Of a DNA stretch of 48,250 bases, positions 46,866 through 48,250 are shown one piece after another. How positions within the stretch are numbered: position 1 is the stretch's first letter; every line of letters starts with the position of its first letter. Position numbers and translations under genes: made by a program. The stretch lies in contig UYFQ01000451.1 in NCBI GenBank assembly GCA_900617105.1, positions 1 through 48,250 on the forward strand. Direction: 5' to 3'. Below the pieces are notes generated by a model that worked only from the letters and a program-made list of their open reading frames with translations, was not told where the DNA came from and made no database searches. This stretch comes from Hydrurus foetidus. Its lineage: Eukaryota.

Positions 46866-47872
46866 TTTGTATTTTATCCCCCACCTGGCACGTTGATACG
46901 CGCCCCCCCACAATATACTAAACGATGACCCACCCCTATCGGGAGTCGAACCCCGAATATTGTGTGGGTGTAGAATCTGTTAAGATATTATTTTTATTCA
47001 TCAAGAATTCACTAACGCGCGCGATTCAAGTGTTCTGAATGGGCGATTCATGTTACCATGACGAAAGTGCATCTAGCGAGAGGTTTTGACCTTATTTAGG
47101 TGAAAAACTGATGAAAATCAGTCGCAAACTATGATGTCGCGCTGAGTCCATAACTCTGCATGATGATATCGCTTTAATCGAGTAATCGTTGCAAACGATT
47201 CTCTAAGATATGAGAGACAATTATGCAGAGGGGCGATCGTGTCCGCCTCCGAATTCTCTGTGTATCTTCTGTCAAAAGACATGCAGAAATCACCTGCTGA
47301 CACAATGATATATCTCCTCGGAGAAATATGATTGTAACTCATCGAAGACAGAAGCCCCTCGTCAAAAAAAATTTGCGAGGGCTTCGCCTCGTTGGTTAAA
47401 TGGGTCCTTTACGTTAGGAACAACGAATAAGTTGGTTTCAACCAACTCTTGTTGAGAAAATCTCTTAGGCGTGGAAGCCAAATTTTGAGTGGTGAAAATT
47501 TTGGTGTCCGTAAAGGATGAAGGAAGTAATTCCCACCGACCAAAAGAAGTCCTTAGACTAATTTGGTGTCGCTAGCAATGAATCCAATGTTCAAATTGCA
47601 GCCCGACAAGTTTTAGTGGTCGAGTGGTAAAGGCTTTCGCGAATTCAACCAACTACGAACTTTGGAGACACCAGTAATGGGTTCCAAGAGGAAAGAGGCT
47701 AAGCCCAACTTTCACTAACTTAAACTAAGTTCTTGGAGCATAGCTCAGCAAGAATTCGACTCCGCAGATGTCGTGAGTAATAATACTCAGGTGGTGGAAG
47801 TCGTAACTAAAGTTGGGACGAGTAGAGGGGAATTAGAGGCAGCAGAAATTTTCCCGAGGATAATAGATCTAT

Positions 47873-48081
47873 TGTGGTCGGGGGAAATGGAGAAAGGGAG
47901 TCGAGGGAGAATAGTCTTAGTTACAGGGTGCTAGGCTAGAAGCAAGTTAACTTCTAAGTGGACGCTGCAGATGGCTACGACGATACTACAGCCTAACTGT
48001 AGTGTACAGTAGTAGTACCCGGTAGGATCCGGTAGAGTCGGTACCCGGTAGGATCGGGACCTTGGACCCGGTACTATCACA
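47873..48081. repeat. Probable LTR of a Gypsy-like family related to the 27532 LTR
   Basis: TGTGGTCG...CTATCACA termini, repeated ACCCGGTAG motifs; shares the start TGTGGTCG and GGACC(T)TGGACCCG with the 27532 LTR but is not colinear with it. Confidence 0.45.
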
Positions 48082-48250
48082 ATGTTTCCTTTTGTTCTCG
48101 GCACTAAGCTCGGGAGAAATGCCAAAAGTGAAAGGTGTTATTGACATAAAATCGTATTTATTTACCGTTTTCGACTTAATAAAAGTTCAATGTCCGTGTT
48201 CCTATTAACCCGCATCGTTAAAGCGATGGTATGACATTCGCCGTCATAAG

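Larger units (their letters stand above)
31740..47395 (+). mobile_element. Large Helitron (Helitron2/Helentron-like Rep), 5'-truncated, with multi-gene cargo
   Basis: Rep-helicase gene followed by an AT-rich block of short-intron genes, a CAGTATA microsatellite and a GC-rich hairpin at 47351-47391. Boundaries are inferred; no paired termini were confirmed. Confidence 0.65.

Noticed and set aside
47612..47690. GTGGTCGAGTGGTAAAGGC resembles a tRNA-Ser/Leu A-box
   Set aside because: No proper B-box, acceptor stem or cloverleaf downstream.
27532..48081. One giant Gypsy with paired LTRs enclosing the Helitron
   Set aside because: The two LTR-like segments share only short motifs, differ in length and have no matching TSD; left as unresolved.

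Overview
Eukaryotic, intron-rich genomic DNA, most likely from an ochrophyte/stramenopile alga (inferred from a signal peptide followed by Phe at +1, a CoDi-like Copia and a stramenopile-type GT8). The left part (1-27 kb) holds host genes: a 16-exon AAA+ ATPase with a large helical N-terminal region, an ankyrin-repeat protein, a GNAT acetyltransferase, a RING/TM protein, a GT8-like glycosyltransferase and a PIP5K. A young, intact Ty1/Copia element (11562-19147, TSD ATAGG) sits in what appears to be the GNAT 5' UTR. Its 5' LTR is interrupted by a PIF/Harbinger deletion derivative (17217-19054, TSD AGT). The right part is a TE cluster: a 190-bp MITE with an 8-bp TSD, a decayed chromodomain-bearing Gypsy, and a 5'-truncated ~15.6-kb Helitron2/Helentron-type element. 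Besides Rep-helicase, that element appears to carry four spliced accessory genes: a putative papain-fold peptidase, an RPA-like OB protein, an orphan and a Ulp1/C48 protease. The two best leads are (1) the Copia has no tRNA primer-binding site, and the sequence at that position is complementary to a segment of its own LTR, suggesting Tf1-like self-priming in a Copia; and (2) the multi-gene protease/ssDNA-binding cargo of the Helitron. All exon boundaries were read by eye and no database searches were run.
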